A stretch of DNA of 64,000 bases, taken from positions 992,001 to 1,056,000 of the forward strand of contig VRMN01000001.1 of NCBI GenBank assembly GCA_008690995.1, in the 5' to 3' direction. The stretch is from Porphyridium purpureum (lineage: Eukaryota). Below are positions 60,334 through 64,000 of the stretch, piece after piece. The notes beneath the pieces are model-generated. The model was not told the DNA's origin and searched no databases. It saw nothing but the letters and a program-made list of their open reading frames with translations. Within the stretch, counting starts at the first letter, position 1; each line of letters begins with the position of its first letter. A program made the position numbers and the translations under genes.

Positions 60334-61170
60334 TTCCTCCTCCCCTTTGCGACTTCCCTCCTATCGTTGTACTTGCATGCTATAGAAACAGTGTTATTTA
60401 TCGATACATGCTGGCCGAACTTGCGAACATGGTCATACCTAGTAAACCGGTGGAGTTGTATTATCACGACTTACTCTTCGAGGCCCCTTTTCGTAGTGTT
60501 TCAATTACGCAAGCTAGCCCGCTTATAGTGTTTTTTTGGTTTGAGGGGAGCGACGTTTTACTGGAGTGCCGCATTTTCTTTCTGTGTTTTGTTCTTAGGG
60601 TATTGCCCTTCCTATTAAAACAGGTTGTTCAGATATGGAAAAGATGAAGGGGAAAAAATGGTAAACAAGGTGAATGCAAGTAGAAGAAAAATAAGAGAGG
60701 AAGAGCGGGGAGGGGGCGGGGAAAAGAGAGGGGAGTGGGGAGGGGGAAGGGAAGGTGAAGGGTGCACAACGTGAAGAGGAAGGGTGAGTACGTGCTGTTT
60801 GGTTAAAGTGTGTGGCGTGTGGGTTGCGCGTGGTACGAGCAAATGGACAGAGCATGCGAGTGAGTTTGTGTAAGGGGAGGGCGGCAGCTGGGAAACTCAG
60901 GGACTAGTGAAACGAAGAAACCGGGAGGGAAGGGGCGTGCACGGTTTCGGGCGTCGACGTTTCGACGAAGGAAGGGCGGCGTTTCGTGAGAGGGGCGTTG
61001 TCCACTTTGGGCGTGGGTACGAGGTCTTGACGGCGTTGGCACGGAGCAAAAGATACGTGCGCGTTTCGTTGAACGTGTTGGTCGTGCGTTGTGCTGTTCG
61101 CCTCCCTTAACGTCCATGCGTTTTCGGACGCGCGTGGGTCGTGGAGGCGCGCGGTGAGGTTTCGAGCATC

Positions 61171-64000
61171 ATGTCGCCCGAGCAATTAGAGCCGTCGCCT
61201 CACAGTTCCGGGCGCCCGCCCATGCCTGCGTCCTCACCGCCTCCCGTCGCTGCGCCGATGTTGGCGTCTCCGTTGGGGTCCGTTTTTCGACCGGAAGGAG
61301 ATGAGGCCAGTTTGCACCCGTCTTTCTCGACGCCGGGGCAAGCTGGCGCTGTGTTTAACCGTCCTCCCCGACAGGGCCCAATGATGGTGATGAACGGCAG
61401 CGCCGAGGAAGCGCCGCTTTCTACTGGAATTGAGAGACAAGGCCTAATTCCAATGAGCGCGTTACTTGCCAAGGTGAGCTCGTCCGTCAGTGTGCCACCA
61501 TCATCGCAATATCAACAACAGCTTCAACGGCCCAGTGCGGGCGGGTCAAGCTTTTTTGAGTCACGCACAGAGATGACCAGCACGAATCTCTTCATTCCTT
61601 CTTTCGAAAGTCCGAGTCGGTCGTCTATGTCGCCAAATTCTGATGTACAGGGCACCAGGTATACTCCGAGCCCAGACGCGGGACATTTGAATGCTCATAT
61701 GTTGAATTGGCACGCCATCAACAGCGGGAACCGTCTCGCTCCTTCGGCTTGGCCTATGGGTGCTGTTCCGCCGTGGACCATTGCGCAACATTCTGAACGC
61801 TTTGTTGAACAACAGGAGCACTACCAGGCCGACTTTCTCTTGCGGCATCAACAAGGCACACTCAAGCAGGAGCTGCAGCAACCAGCGCATCGACAGAAGC
61901 ACCTTTTGTATACAGAGACGCAAGCGAACCAACAACAAGATCGAAGACATATGCCCGAGCAAGGTCAAAATGTTCATGTCCAGGAGCGGTATCCGAAGGC
62001 GCACGTGGGAGACGTTCCCGCCAGTGTAGAAAATGGCCACTCAAGCGCCTACGGAACCGATTCGCAACCGGTGGAAAGCATCGGAGACGCTCTACCCAGA
62101 CTCGACAAAAACCATGTCGCCGCGGAAGAAAAGGAGGCAAAAGGGAAGGAAGAAGAAGAGGCTACCGTTTGCGTTTGCGGGAGTACCAAGAATCGAGGCT
62201 TCATGATCTACTGTGAAACTTGTCGGACGTGGCAGCATGGCAAGTGCATTGGGTACAAGCGGGAGAGCGAAGTTCCCGAGGAGTACTATTGCACACGATG
62301 CCGGCCGGACCTGATGCTCGCGACTTGTGTAGCGCATCCTCATTTCAAGCCATCGCAGCGCGGGTCAGGTTCGCTGCGGGATGCGAATGTGACTGAGGCA
62401 GAAAGAGCATGTCTTGCGGAAGTGAAAAGTGCTCAAATACGGAAGCTTATCCGCGGTGGAATGAAGTTGGATAGATCAGACAGAGTAGAAACGTTGCGTA
62501 GGTATGCAAAGGACTGGCGAACAGTGTACAGATACCGCGCAGAAGAGGACGCGCTTCGCGCTGATTTTTTAAAGGCGATGCGCATTCTGACGGGTTGGGA
62601 TGTGGAGGCGATTTTGGAACAGCTCAACTCAACAACATCCTCATCAGATCATCCGACCAAGTCTGGGCCCGTATCGCCTTTTGCTTCACCCTCGGTGACT
62701 GGGCGCGTTATGTCGCTATCGCCTCGCCAATCTTCTTTGAGTTCAGATGCGGGCCATGGAAATGGAACTACTTCACTCGATCTTGGACTGAATAATCGGT
62801 CTGGAGGCGAAGACAGTAATGCTAGAAGTGGAGGTGGGCAGCAGCACCGTGAAAAAGAGCGAGTATCGAATGGGAGGAAACGAAAAACCGAGACTGCGAA
62901 CACTGTACCCAAGATCGATTACAAAGACGGCGTCTACTTTAAAGACGGTATGCTCGTCGATCCGAACGCAATGACGCGCGATGAACGCAAAATGTATCAA
63001 CTTGCCCTACAGTTTCAGCGCATGGAAGAGCGCTCCAAGAGGAATAAGCGCGGCGGCGGCGGTAGCCACAGCGAAACGACGTCCTCACCCCGTGCAGACC
63101 CGAAGGAGGTACAAGGCACGCGGAGAGGCTCCCCGAGTCCAAAATCAATCCAGCAATCTAGGCAGAGGAGTCCTTGTGTCTCCAAGAAGCCCTCTCCTGG
63201 AACAGCTGGGGGTGCGGGCGGGACACCACGCGCGTTGACGAAAACAGCCACTGATGCAATAGGCACCCAGAGAAAAAGTAATGTCGCGAACGTCACAACC
63301 TCGGCCGCCAGCGCCGCAGACGCCAGCATAACGCCCAGAACTCCCGGTAGGAAATCGAATGGAGAAAGGAGCACCGGGTTTCCGGCGGCGCTTGCTCCGA
63401 CCAGTCCGGACATTGGGACGTCGAGCCTTCCGCTGCTTTCACCGGAGGACCGTAAGCGATTGTTAATTCCGCTGAAGGCGCCTGGGCCTTCCATAATCGG
63501 TTCATCTTTGTTCGCGCCCAGCAGTGAGAGTGGCACTGGAACTGTTGAGGATATTGGGACAAAGAAGTATCGCATTCTGAACGGCACGCAATTTTGCTCG
63601 AAGGAAAGGTGTGGAGAAGGAGATCATCACAACATCATAGTCCGCGAGGCCTACAATGACCTGAGAGAGGCATCTTGTGCTCCGGAAATGTTTGATTCCG
63701 ACCTGGCTGTTTCGGTTCTACCGCGAAAGCGACTGCTTCTGGAGAAATGGGCCTCCGTTTCTACTGCTCTACCCGAAGCGGAAGGACGGGACCGTCCCGG
63801 TGATTTTGTGCGTTCAGATGCAAGCAGTCGTTGTGGCGGGAGTGAAGGCGAACGTGTCGAAAAGCGTGATGGCGCAATTCAATTTGTTGACACGGGCTTT
63901 AACACCCTCTCATCTCCAGTGGCCGTCACAAAGACAGGTATGGAATGGAAGAAGATCGGCGCGGATGTGCTGGACAAGGACGAAGCGATAAAGGACGAAA
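61171..64000 (+). CDS. PHD-finger chromatin protein (SET3/MLL5-like motifs); runs off the window end
   Basis: ATG 61171, with no stop seen to the window end (hence absent from the ORF track). PHD CVCG..MIYCETCRTWQHGKC..YYCTRC at ~62170-62302, and MTRDERKM..FQRME. Confidence 0.85.
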   Translation, partial: MSPEQLEPSPHSSGRPPMPASSPPPVAAPMLASPLGSVFRPEGDEASLHPSFSTPGQAGAVFNRPPRQGPMMVMNGSAEEAPLSTGIERQGLIPMSALLAKVSSSVSVPPSSQYQQQLQRPSAGGSSFFESRTEMTSTNLFIPSFESPSRSSMSPNSDVQGTRYTPSPDAGHLNAHMLNWHAINSGNRLAPSAWPMGAVPPWTIAQHSERFVEQQEHYQADFLLRHQQGTLKQELQQPAHRQKHLLYTETQANQQQDRRHMPEQGQNVHVQERYPKAHVGDVPASVENGHSSAYGTDSQPVESIGDALPRLDKNHVAAEEKEAKGKEEEEATVCVCGSTKNRGFMIYCETCRTWQHGKCIGYKRESEVPEEYYCTRCRPDLMLATCVAHPHFKPSQRGSGSLRDANVTEAERACLAEVKSAQIRKLIRGGMKLDRSDRVETLRRYAKDWRTVYRYRAEEDALRADFLKAMRILTGWDVEAILEQLNSTTSSSDHPTKSGPVSPFASPSVTGRVMSLSPRQSSLSSDAGHGNGTTSLDLGLNNRSGGEDSNARSGGGQQHREKERVSNGRKRKTETANTVPKIDYKDGVYFKDGMLVDPNAMTRDERKMYQLALQFQRMEERSKRNKRGGGGSHSETTSSPRADPKEVQGTRRGSPSPKSIQQSRQRSPCVSKKPSPGTAGGAGGTPRALTKTATDAIGTQRKSNVANVTTSAASAADASITPRTPGRKSNGERSTGFPAALAPTSPDIGTSSLPLLSPEDRKRLLIPLKAPGPSIIGSSLFAPSSESGTGTVEDIGTKKYRILNGTQFCSKERCGEGDHHNIIVREAYNDLREASCAPEMFDSDLAVSVLPRKRLLLEKWASVSTALPEAEGRDRPGDFVRSDASSRCGGSEGERVEKRDGAIQFVDTGFNTLSSPVAVTKTGMEWKKIGADVLDKDEAIKDE

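Noticed and set aside
1..64000. tRNA, rRNA genes or CRISPR arrays
   Set aside because: No cloverleaf, rRNA signature or regularly spaced repeat-spacer array seen by eye; small structured RNAs could have been missed.

Overview
Gene-dense, apparently intron-free eukaryotic nuclear DNA. MAF-type plastid transit peptides and the gene set suggest a unicellular red alga (Porphyridium-like; inference). About 20 host genes are visible: AK-HSDH, chlorophyllase-like hydrolase, ankyrin protein, ADH, RRP12, RWP-RK TF, M8 peptidase, C2H2 TF, Deg protease, nocturnin, APC4, cathepsin X, EF-hand/kinase/ankyrin protein, tandem GT92, DHU1-like, SnoaL, TEL2, NHE, RPL7A and a PHD protein. There are three mobile elements. 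(1) An intact, young 5.76-kb LTR retrotransposon (54573-60333, minus strand) that looks chimeric: Ty3/gypsy-like Gag and protease plus a -1 frameshift pseudoknot, joined to a Ty1/copia-order INT-RT-RNase H. It is integrated with the dinucleotides outside TG..CA retained and a 5-bp TSD. (2) An intact Tc1 DD34E transposon with TIRs and a TA TSD (31925-33474). (3) A decayed composite, not evident from the ORF track, of a DD34E IS630/Tc1-type transposase plus a Fanzor1 (TnpB-like RNA-guided nuclease) remnant (~4600-6925). All family calls come from reading motifs by eye; no database searches were run.
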